A stretch of DNA of 64,000 bases. Source: an uncultured Spirochaetota bacterium. GTDB taxonomy: Bacteria; Spirochaetota; Spirochaetia; SZUA-6; Fen-1364. Position numbers and translations under genes: made by a program. Of the stretch, positions 22,680 to 31,198 are shown piece after piece. Position 1 is the stretch's first letter. Each line of letters opens with the position of its first letter. The stretch covers positions 177,086 through 241,085 of the forward strand of contig CAVWBF010000022.1 in assembly GCA_963753085.1 (NCBI GenBank). The letters run 5' to 3'. The notes under the pieces were generated by a model. The model searched no databases, was not told the DNA's origin, and saw nothing but the letters and a program-made list of their open reading frames with translations.

Positions 22680-24183
22680 TTGCAACTGCCACGGACCCTT
22701 GGAGAACTGAAAAAGTCTGGATTCAAACCTCACAGCGTCAAGGAAGAGATGCGGGCCAACGTCGTGCGCATGCTGCGCGCGAAGGAAGAGCTCTTCCCCG
22801 GCATCATCGGCTACGATTCGACGGTGATCCCAGGGCTCGTGAATGCCATCCTTTCCCACCATGACTTCATCCTGCTGGGGCTTCGCGGCCAGGCAAAGAC
22901 GCGGATCCTCCGCGCCCTGGTGCGATTCCTCGACGAGCAGATCCCCGTGATCGCGGGGACGGAGATCAATGACGACCCGTTCTCCCCGGTGAGCAGGAAG
23001 GGGCGGGAGACCGTCGCCTCCAAAGGGGATGACACTCCCATCGAATGGCTTGCCCGGGAGGACCGCTACCGGGAGAAGCTGGCCACTCCGGATGTCACCA
23101 TTGCAGACCTGATCGGCGACATCGATCCCATCAAGGCCGCCACCCGCAAGCTCACGTACGCGGACGAAGAGGTCATCCACTTCGGGATCATCCCCCGCAC
23201 CAACAGGGGCATCTTCGCCATCAACGAGCTTCCCGACCTTCCCCCCGGATCCAGGTCGGCCTGCTCAATATTATGGAAGAAAAGGACATCCAGATCCGGG
23301 GATTCCCCATCCGGATGAGGCTTGACATCCTCATGGTCTACTCGGCGAACCCCGAGGACTACACCAACCGGGGCAATATCATCACGCCGCTCAAGGACAG
23401 GATCGACTCCCAGATCATCACCCACTATCCCCAGGACCGGCAGGCGGCCATGCGCATCACGGCGCAGGAGGCGTGGACGGGGCGGGATTGCGGCATCGAG
23501 CTTCTCATGCCGGACTGGTTCCGCGAGCTGGTGGAGGAGGTGGCGTTTGCCGCCCGGGCCAGCGAGTTCGTGAACCAGGCCTCCGGAGTCTCGGCGCGCA
23601 TGAGCATATCGCTCCTTGAGAACGTGATGAGCAACATGGAGAGGCGCGCCATCATCCAGGGAGAGAAGCGCGTGTACCCGCGCATCGGCGACCTCCATTC
23701 AGCGGTGACGGCCATCACGGGCAAGGTGGAGCTCGTCTACGAGGGAGAGCAGCAGGGCGCCGCCATCGTGGCGCGCAAGATCATCGGGGAAGCGGTGAAG
23801 GAGACTTTCCGCCGCAGGTTCCCCGATCCGACGCCGAAGAAGAAAAAGAAGGAAGGGGGGAGGAACAGCCGGCCCGCACGGAGTCTTCCCCGTTCAATGC
23901 CGTGCTTTCCTGGTTCTCCAAGGGCAACACCGTGGAGACCTCGGACGAGATGCCCTATGACGAGTACATGAAGAGGCTGGAGAAGGTCCAGGGCCTGAAG
24001 GAGCTGGCAGCCCGTCACCTCGAGCTGAAGGAAGGAGACGGTATTGGCCTCGGCATGGAGTTCGTCCTGGAAGGCCTCCACCAGCACTCCATGGTGTCCA
24101 AGCGGGAGGAAGGCGTGAAGGTGGCCTACCGCGACATGCTCAAGGCCATGTTCGACCACATGGCGCAGAGCGACGACGCCTAG
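22680..24183 (+). pseudogene. ChlI/MoxR-like AAA+ ATPase (partner of the vWA protein), disrupted by two single-base frameshifts
   Basis: TTG start after a GAGGAG ribosome-binding site. Conserved N-terminus LPRTLGELKKSGF. The frame changes at a C6 run (23241-23246): ...INELPDLPP|RIQVGLLNIMEEKDIQIRG. A second change falls near a G6/A5 run (23840-23860), and the C-terminus continues in frame 1 (...SWFSKGNTVETSDEMPYDEY...HMAQSDDA). Confidence 0.6.
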
Positions 24184-24197
24184 GGAGAACCGCGACA

Positions 24198-25289
24198 GTG
24201 CAGTGGGAATACTCGGAGTGGGACCAGACTCTCCAGGACCTCCTGAAGAGCTTCCAGGACCTCATGAGCCTCTTCAACTACCTCCTCCTCATGGCGGGCG
24301 GGGATGTTGACAAGGTCTTCAAGTGGATGGAGTACCTCCAGGAGCGGGGAAGCATCGACCCCGGCGTGGATCTCGAGGAGTTCCGCCGCAAGCTGGAGGA
24401 GAACCGCATCGTGGAGAAGCTGAAGGAGGGCGGGTACAGCCTCACGGCAAAAGGGGAGCAGGTCATCCGCAAGGATTCCCTGAACCAGATCTTCTCCAAC
24501 CTCCAGAAGTCCGGCTTCGGCCAGCACCGCGTGCCCTCCGCCGGAAGCGGTGAGGAAAGGCTGACGGAGACGCGCGCATGGCGCTTCGGGGACCCTGTCA
24601 CGCAGATCGACGCCCTGGGGACCATCTCCAACGCCGTGAAGCGCGGCGGGGTAGAGGAGATTTCCCTCTCCGAGGAGGACCTGGAGGTCTACGAGACGGA
24701 GCACCTTTCCTCCTGCGCAACGATGCTCCTCATCGACATCAGCCACAGCATGATCCTCTACGGGGAGGACAGGATCACCCCTGCAAAGCAGGTGGCACTG
24801 GCGCTGACGGAGCTGATCCTCACCCGCTATCCCAAGGACACGCTGCGGGTGGGGACGTTCGGCGACGAGGCCCGGGAGATCGCCATCAGCGACATCCCCT
24901 ATCTCCAGGTCGGTCCGTTCCATACCAACACGCGGGCGGGGCTGGAGATGGCGCAGACCATCCTGGAAGGAACGCGCCAGGCCAACCGCCAGATCTTCAT
25001 GGTCACCGACGGGAAGCCTACCGCCATCACGGAGAACGGTGAAGTCTACAAGAACCCGTACGGCTTCGACCCGAAGATCCTAGCCCAGACGCTGGAGGCG
25101 GCGGCCGCGTGCAGGAAGGCGGGAATCACCATCACGACCTTCATGCTTGCCACGGACCCCGAGCTGGTGAACTTTGTCGATGAGATGACCAAGCTCAACA
25201 AGGGCAGGGCATATTTCGCTTCGGCGGACAAGCTCGGAGAGTTTCTCTTCGCGGACTACATCAGGAACAAACGCCGAATGCTCCACTGA
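24198..25289 (+). CDS. von Willebrand factor A (vWA) domain protein
   Basis: MIDAS motif LLIDISHSM...TDG, about 363 aa. It sits immediately downstream of the AAA+ gene, a classic AAA+/vWA pair. Confidence 0.8.
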   Translation: MQWEYSEWDQTLQDLLKSFQDLMSLFNYLLLMAGGDVDKVFKWMEYLQERGSIDPGVDLEEFRRKLEENRIVEKLKEGGYSLTAKGEQVIRKDSLNQIFSNLQKSGFGQHRVPSAGSGEERLTETRAWRFGDPVTQIDALGTISNAVKRGGVEEISLSEEDLEVYETEHLSSCATMLLIDISHSMILYGEDRITPAKQVALALTELILTRYPKDTLRVGTFGDEAREIAISDIPYLQVGPFHTNTRAGLEMAQTILEGTRQANRQIFMVTDGKPTAITENGEVYKNPYGFDPKILAQTLEAAAACRKAGITITTFMLATDPELVNFVDEMTKLNKGRAYFASADKLGEFLFADYIRNKRRMLH

Positions 25290-25291
25290 CG

Positions 25292-27388
25292 GTGAAGGCG
25301 ACGGTGAAAACCGTATCTTTCCCGAGAACCAGCGTCGTGGGCTTCGTGCTTGCCTCCGTCCTCCTGGCGGGGGTGGCGTGGACAGCTGTCCGCAGCCTCG
25401 GGGATTTCCGGCAGGCCACCGCATGGGTTTCTCACACCCTCAGCGTGCGCGAAGAGGCCGAGGGTCTTCTCCTCCTTCTCACCGATGCACAGACGGAACA
25501 AAGCGGATACCTCCTCACCGGCGCACCCTCCTCCCTTTCCCGCTATGAACAGGCGCTCGCCGCGATTCCGCGGCGACTCGCGAGGCTGCGCGCGCTGACC
25601 GCGGACAACACGGCCCAGCAAGCGAACGTCGCGGCGCTCGATGACCTTCTGCCTCGCATGGTGGTCACGCTCCTGCGGGAAGTCGAGGCGCGGCGGCGCC
25701 AGGGTCTGAATGCCGCCGTGGACATGGCGAGGGCCGGTGAAGGGGAGAGGATCATCGATCGGGTCCGTGATGTCGTCACCGGCATCGGCGCAGAGGAGAA
25801 TCGGCTTCTCACGGAACGAAGGGCCCTGGAGGAAATAGAGGCCCGCTGGGCCATGGAAAGGACCATCGGCGGACTTTGTGCCGCCATTGGCCTCCTGGTT
25901 CTTGCGACAGTGCTCCTTGCGCGAGCCCTCCACCATCGGGAGAAACAGGAGACCAGGTTCCAGGCACTCCTGGAATCCGCGCCGGACGCCATGGTCGTGA
26001 TCGACTCCCAGGGCTCCATCGTGATGGTCAACGCCCAGACGGAGAAGCTATTCGGCTACGAGAGGCGCGAGCTCCTCGGAAAGCCCGTTGAGATCCTGGT
26101 GCCTGAACGCTTCCGGGAAAGGCACACGGGCCATCGGAGGGACTTCTTTGCCCATCCGCACACCCGGCCAATGGGGGTCGGCCTTGAGCTCTTCGGCGTG
26201 CGCAGGGACGCCTCCGAGTTTCCCGTGGAGATCGGGCTCAGCCCGCTTGCCACGGCTGAGGGGATGCTCGTGACGGCCGCCATCCGGGACATCACGGACC
26301 GAAAGCGCGCGGAGGATGCGCTGCAGGACCTCCGCGAGCTCTACGAAAAGCTCCTTGGCGTCCAAAGCGACGTTGGTGACGGGGTCACGATAACCAACGG
26401 GACGCGCCTGGTCTTTGCCAACGACGCCCTGTGCAGGATGTACGGGTACACCCTCGAGGAGCTGATGGCGCTTCCCTCCCAGCTCGATCTGGTCGTCCCC
26501 GAAGAACGCGAGAGGCTGGCCGAGCGCCTGCGCAGGCGCATGGCAGGGGAGAGCCTTACGGAGTTCGGGGAGACCCAGGCCATTCGCAAGGACGGAACGC
26601 GTATCATCAACGAGTACGCCGTGAAGCCGGTCAAGGTCAAAGGGGAGACGCTCATCATTTCCATCGTTCGGAATATCACCGAGCGAAAGCGCGCCGAGGA
26701 GTCCATTCGCCAGCTCTCCCAACGACTCCTCCAGGTGCAGGATGAGGAGCAGCAGCGCATCTCGCGGGAGCTGCAATCCGGGGTGGTGCGGGCGCTGGAC
26801 GAGCTTCGCTCGCAGCTGTCGCTCGTGAAGGATTCAGGGACAGTGTTCGACTGGAGGACATCCGACGCCCTGCGGGCCAGCCTCGACCTTGTCCGCAAGG
26901 CGCTCAAGGAGGCGCGAACGCTTTCTCACCTCCTCCATCCCCGTCTCCTCGAGGAATCCGGCATCGTGGAGGCCATCCGGTATTATCAGAACGGGTTTCA
27001 GGAGAGGACCGGCATCAGGGTCATCCTTGACGCGCCGGGCACCTTCGGGAGGCTTTCCGCGGAGGCAGAGCGGTCCCTGTTCCGAGTGGTGCAGGAGTGC
27101 CTGGCGAACATCCATCGTCATGCCCAGGCAGCAACGGCATGGATCTCCCTCCGCGCGGAGACTGACGGCATCAGGCTGGAGGTCCGCGACGACGGGCGCG
27201 GCATGCACCCCGGGGCCTCCGCGGCCTCGGGAGGGGTAGGGATCAGGAGCCTCATGGAACGCATGAGCCAGCTGGGAGGCCGGCTTGAGATACTGTCGGA
27301 TGGAGCGGCAAAGGGGACCCGGGTCATCGCAACGCTTCCGCTCTCCGTCCTGCGCCGCGAAGAGAGCCCTGCAACCCCTCCGGCCTGA
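25292..27388 (+). CDS. Sensor histidine kinase: TM-CHASE3, two PAS domains, HisKA_3, HATPase_c (NarL-partner type)
   Basis: GTG start. N-terminal TM and CHASE3-like helix. PAS cores (MVVIDSQGSIVMVNAQTEKLFGY; VTITNGTRLVFANDALCRMYGY). H-box QDEEQQRISRELQSG. G-box GGVGIRSLMERMSQLGG. Confidence 0.8.
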   Translation: MKATVKTVSFPRTSVVGFVLASVLLAGVAWTAVRSLGDFRQATAWVSHTLSVREEAEGLLLLLTDAQTEQSGYLLTGAPSSLSRYEQALAAIPRRLARLRALTADNTAQQANVAALDDLLPRMVVTLLREVEARRRQGLNAAVDMARAGEGERIIDRVRDVVTGIGAEENRLLTERRALEEIEARWAMERTIGGLCAAIGLLVLATVLLARALHHREKQETRFQALLESAPDAMVVIDSQGSIVMVNAQTEKLFGYERRELLGKPVEILVPERFRERHTGHRRDFFAHPHTRPMGVGLELFGVRRDASEFPVEIGLSPLATAEGMLVTAAIRDITDRKRAEDALQDLRELYEKLLGVQSDVGDGVTITNGTRLVFANDALCRMYGYTLEELMALPSQLDLVVPEERERLAERLRRRMAGESLTEFGETQAIRKDGTRIINEYAVKPVKVKGETLIISIVRNITERKRAEESIRQLSQRLLQVQDEEQQRISRELQSGVVRALDELRSQLSLVKDSGTVFDWRTSDALRASLDLVRKALKEARTLSHLLHPRLLEESGIVEAIRYYQNGFQERTGIRVILDAPGTFGRLSAEAERSLFRVVQECLANIHRHAQAATAWISLRAETDGIRLEVRDDGRGMHPGASAASGGVGIRSLMERMSQLGGRLEILSDGAAKGTRVIATLPLSVLRREESPATPPA

Positions 27389-27498
27389 GCTTCCTGCAGC
27401 CTGAGAACGCGCCCCTGCCCTTTTTTCCAGTGGCTCACTCCCCGAACGGTTAGTATTTTCAAGCATATTTCGTTTTTCGGAGAGGAGAGCCGTCCTTC

Positions 27499-29271
27499 AT
27501 GTACACGGTCACAAAGAGAGAGCGCGCTTTCACCCTTGCCGGCATCATGGTCGCGCTCTTTCTGGGCGCGCTCGACCAGACGATCGTCGGCACCGCAATG
27601 CCGAGGATCCTCCAGGACCTGAACGGGCTGAACCTGTATTCGTGGCTCGTCACGGCCTACCTGCTGGCCTCCACCTCCATGATCCCCATCTACGGCAAGC
27701 TCTCCGACCTGTACGGCCGCAAGCTCGTGGTTCTCACCGGCGTCATCCTGTTCCTCGCCGGCTCCGTGCTCTCGGGCCAGTCGCGAAGCATGACGGAGCT
27801 GATCGTGTTCCGCGCCCTCCAGGGACTCGGCGCGGCGGGGATCTTTTCCATGGCCTTCACCGTGATTGCCGACCTTTTTCCGCCCGCGGAGAGGGGTCGG
27901 TACAACGGCCTTTTCGGCGCGGTTTTCGGAACATCGAGCATCGTGGGTCCGCTCCTGGGGGGGTTCCTGACGGACGCCCTCTCCTGGCGCTGGGTCTTCT
28001 ACGTCAACATGCCCGTCGGGCTCGTGGCTCTCCTGTTCATCCTTTTCCAGATGCCCGCGCTGAAGCCCACGCTGGAAAGGAAGGTCAGAATCGACTGGTG
28101 GGGGTCCGCCGCCCTCCTCCTGGGAATCATTCCGATTCTCCTTGCCCTGAGCATCGGGGGCACGGAGATCGCGTGGGGTTCGTGGCAGATCATTGGCCTC
28201 TTTGGCCTGGGCGCCGTCGGAGTTGTCATCTTCATCCTCATCGAGCGGAGGGCGCAGGAGCCGATCCTTCCCTTCGACCTGTTTCAGAACAGGACCTACG
28301 TGGTGGGCAATATAGGGGCCCTTCTCATTGCCGGAGTCGGCTTCTTCGGCGCAATCCTCTTTCTCCCGATCTACATGGTCATGGTGGTGGGGGTCTCCGC
28401 GAGCGCCGCGGGGCTGACGCTCATGCCGATGACCCTTGGCATGGTGGTTGCCAGCTTCCTCTCGGGACAGATCGTGAGCAGGTTCGGAAAATACAAGCTC
28501 CTGCTCCTGGCCGGAGCGGCGCTCATGATCGTCGGGTACTGCACAATGCTCGCGCTGAACGACCACATGACGCGAGCACAGGTGACGTGGCGCATGATCC
28601 TGCTCGGCGTCGGCCTTGGCCCTGCGCTTCCCCTGTTCACCCTTGCCATCCAGAACTCGGTGAACCCCCGGGAGATCGGGGCTGCGACGAGCAGCAGCCA
28701 GTTCTTCCGCCAGATCGGGTCCACCGTGGGCGTGGCGGTGTTCGGGACGCTCATGGCCGTCACGCTTGCCACCGAGCTTCCCCGGTCCCTGCCGGCCCCG
28801 CTGCGTGAGGCCGGCCTGGGAAAGATGAGCTTCAGCATGGGCCAGCTCCAGTCGGGGAACATGGGGGCAGTGGGTGACCAGGTCAAGGCCGGCGTGAACA
28901 CGGTCTACCACCAGGTCGAGCTTGCCATGACGAAAAACGACCAGGCAGCGCTCGCCGGCCTCGTTTCCAATCCGCTCCTCCCCGCTATGGCAAGGAGCAT
29001 GCTGCAGAGCAGGTTGGCCTACCCCGGCAGATCGCAAGAGGCCACCCAGGAGACGTTGACGGAGGTCAAGGCCATCCTCGACGCGGAGGCGGCGGACATG
29101 ACCGCCGGGCTCACTTCCGCGCTGAAGACCGCATTCACGGCGGCCGTCCACCGCGTGTACTTCCTGGGTCTCCTCATTCTTGCGGCGGGGTTTCTCGTGA
29201 CGCTTTTTCTGCCGGAGCTCGCCCTTCGGAAGACCGCGGGGCATGCCGCGCCCGCTTCCGCGGAGGGGTAG
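27499..29271 (+). CDS. MFS transporter, DHA2 (EmrB/QacA) drug:H+ antiporter family, 14 TMS
   Basis: 590 aa with motif A-like GKLSDLYGRKLVV and about 14 hydrophobic segments. Confidence 0.85.
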   Translation: MYTVTKRERAFTLAGIMVALFLGALDQTIVGTAMPRILQDLNGLNLYSWLVTAYLLASTSMIPIYGKLSDLYGRKLVVLTGVILFLAGSVLSGQSRSMTELIVFRALQGLGAAGIFSMAFTVIADLFPPAERGRYNGLFGAVFGTSSIVGPLLGGFLTDALSWRWVFYVNMPVGLVALLFILFQMPALKPTLERKVRIDWWGSAALLLGIIPILLALSIGGTEIAWGSWQIIGLFGLGAVGVVIFILIERRAQEPILPFDLFQNRTYVVGNIGALLIAGVGFFGAILFLPIYMVMVVGVSASAAGLTLMPMTLGMVVASFLSGQIVSRFGKYKLLLLAGAALMIVGYCTMLALNDHMTRAQVTWRMILLGVGLGPALPLFTLAIQNSVNPREIGAATSSSQFFRQIGSTVGVAVFGTLMAVTLATELPRSLPAPLREAGLGKMSFSMGQLQSGNMGAVGDQVKAGVNTVYHQVELAMTKNDQAALAGLVSNPLLPAMARSMLQSRLAYPGRSQEATQETLTEVKAILDAEAADMTAGLTSALKTAFTAAVHRVYFLGLLILAAGFLVTLFLPELALRKTAGHAAPASAEG

Positions 29272-29341
29272 TCTTTACCCTGCCGCTGATTCGATGTAAC
29301 TTTCCCCTGAACCCTGTAAACACCACGGAGAGTCCACGGCC

Positions 29342-31192
29342 ATGGCAACGCACAAGTTCCAGGCGGAAGTCAACCAGCTCCTCACGCTCATCATCCATTC
29401 CCTGTACTCCCATCCGGAGATCTTCCTGCGGGAGCTCGTATCCAACGCCTCGGATGCGCTGGATAAGCTGAAGTACCTCACGATGACTCAGGATGAGTAC
29501 AAGGGCGTGCCCTTTGTTCCGCGCATCGATATTTCCTATGACACGAAAGACAGGAAGACCCTGACGGTCTCCGATACGGGCATCGGGATGAACGACAAGG
29601 AGCTGGAAGAGAACCTGGGGACCATCGCGAGGTCCGGCACCAGGCAGTTCATCCAGACAATGGCAGCGGACGCAAAGAAAGGGTCCGGCATGATCGGCCA
29701 GTTCGGCGTCGGGTTCTATTCCTCGTTCATGGTGGCAGACACCGTGGAGGTGGTCTCCCGCAGGACCGGGGACGCGAAGGCATGGAAGTGGACCAGCGAC
29801 GGCAAGGGGGAATACGAGATCACGGATGCGGAGCGCGACGGGCCGGGAACCACCGTCACCCTTGCCCTGAACGAGCAGGGCAGGGAGTTCGCGGACCGAT
29901 GGCGGATCGAGGACATCATCCGCAAGTACTCCAACCACATCGCCTTTCCCATCCACCTCCACTACCAGGAGGAAGGACAGCACGGCGGGAAAGTGGACAC
30001 GGTGTCGCAGGTCAACGCGGCTCTTGCCCTGTGGAAGAGACCGAAGAACGAGCTGTCAGACGACGATTACAAGGAGTTCTACAAGACCCTCACCCACGAA
30101 ACGGATGACCCTCTTCACTGGATCCATCTCTCGGTTGAGGGCGCCCTCGCCTACACGACGCTGTTCTACATCCCCGGCAAGGCCCCCTTCGACCTTTTCC
30201 GCTACGACTACCAGCCCGGGGTCAAGCTGTACATCAAGCGGGTGTTCATCACGGAAAGCGAGAAGGAGCTTCTTCCCGTCTACCTGCGCTTCGTGCGGGG
30301 GATCATCGACTCGGAGGACCTCCCGCTGAACGTGAGCCGCGAGATCCTCCAGAAGAACCGGGTCATGGAGAACATCCGCTCTTCCTCGGTGAGAAAGATC
30401 CTCCAGGAGCTCACCCAGCTGGCAAAGGACAAGGCGAAGTACGAGACCTTCTGGAGCGAGCTCGGTCGGGTCCTCAAGGAAGGCCTCCTGCAGGACATCG
30501 AGCACAAGGACCAGCTGCTGGAGCTGGTGCGCTACAAGTCCACGGCCGTGGAGGGCTGGACCAGTCTCACCGAGTACCGCGACCGGATGAAGAAGGACCA
30601 GAAGGCCATCTACTACATCACGGGCAACCGGGAGGCGGGGCTTCGCAGCTCACCGCTCCTGGAGGCGTACAAGGCCAAGGGGCTCGAGGTCCTCGTCATG
30701 GACGATGAGATCGACGAGATCGTGGCCTCCTCCATCGGCACGTTCATGGAGACGGAGCTGAAGGCCGTGAACCGTTCCGCCGCCGCCGAGGACCTGAAGA
30801 CAGAAGCCGACGCCGGCAAGGCCGCGGCAATCGATCCGCTCGTGAAGAAGGTGAAGCTGATCCTCGGTGACGCCGTGAAGGATGTACGAGCTTCCACCAG
30901 GCTCGCGGATTCCCCGTCCTGCATCGTCGTGGACGACAAGGATCCCACCCTGCAGATGCAGCAGATCCTGAAGCTCATGGGAAACCGGGACTTCCCCGAG
31001 GTGAAGCCCATCCTGGAGCTCAACCCGTCCCACCCCATCGTGGTGAAGCTCGCGGCCGCCCAGGACCAGGGCGTCATCGAGGACACGAGCCGCCTCCTCC
31101 TGGACCAGGCCCTCCTCGTTGAAGGCGGAGAGATCAAGGACCCCGCGGGGTTCGTGAAGAGACTGAACAGGGCGCTGGAGAAAGCCCTGTAG
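29342..31192 (+). CDS. htpG: Molecular chaperone Hsp90
   Basis: 616 aa beginning FQAEVNQLLTLIIHSLYSHPEIFLRELVSNASDALDK, the HtpG N-terminal ATPase signature. Confidence 0.95.
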   Translation: MATHKFQAEVNQLLTLIIHSLYSHPEIFLRELVSNASDALDKLKYLTMTQDEYKGVPFVPRIDISYDTKDRKTLTVSDTGIGMNDKELEENLGTIARSGTRQFIQTMAADAKKGSGMIGQFGVGFYSSFMVADTVEVVSRRTGDAKAWKWTSDGKGEYEITDAERDGPGTTVTLALNEQGREFADRWRIEDIIRKYSNHIAFPIHLHYQEEGQHGGKVDTVSQVNAALALWKRPKNELSDDDYKEFYKTLTHETDDPLHWIHLSVEGALAYTTLFYIPGKAPFDLFRYDYQPGVKLYIKRVFITESEKELLPVYLRFVRGIIDSEDLPLNVSREILQKNRVMENIRSSSVRKILQELTQLAKDKAKYETFWSELGRVLKEGLLQDIEHKDQLLELVRYKSTAVEGWTSLTEYRDRMKKDQKAIYYITGNREAGLRSSPLLEAYKAKGLEVLVMDDEIDEIVASSIGTFMETELKAVNRSAAAEDLKTEADAGKAAAIDPLVKKVKLILGDAVKDVRASTRLADSPSCIVVDDKDPTLQMQQILKLMGNRDFPEVKPILELNPSHPIVVKLAAAQDQGVIEDTSRLLLDQALLVEGGEIKDPAGFVKRLNRALEKAL

Positions 31193-31198
31193 CAGTCC

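Noticed and set aside
27118-29244. 708-aa minus-strand ORF opposite the MFS transporter, and similar large antisense ORFs opposite GRE 1 (39669..41033 +), GRE 2 (48571..50205 -) and the ADH (34576..35973 -)
   Set aside because: These are antisense shadows of well-supported genes and show no recognisable domains.
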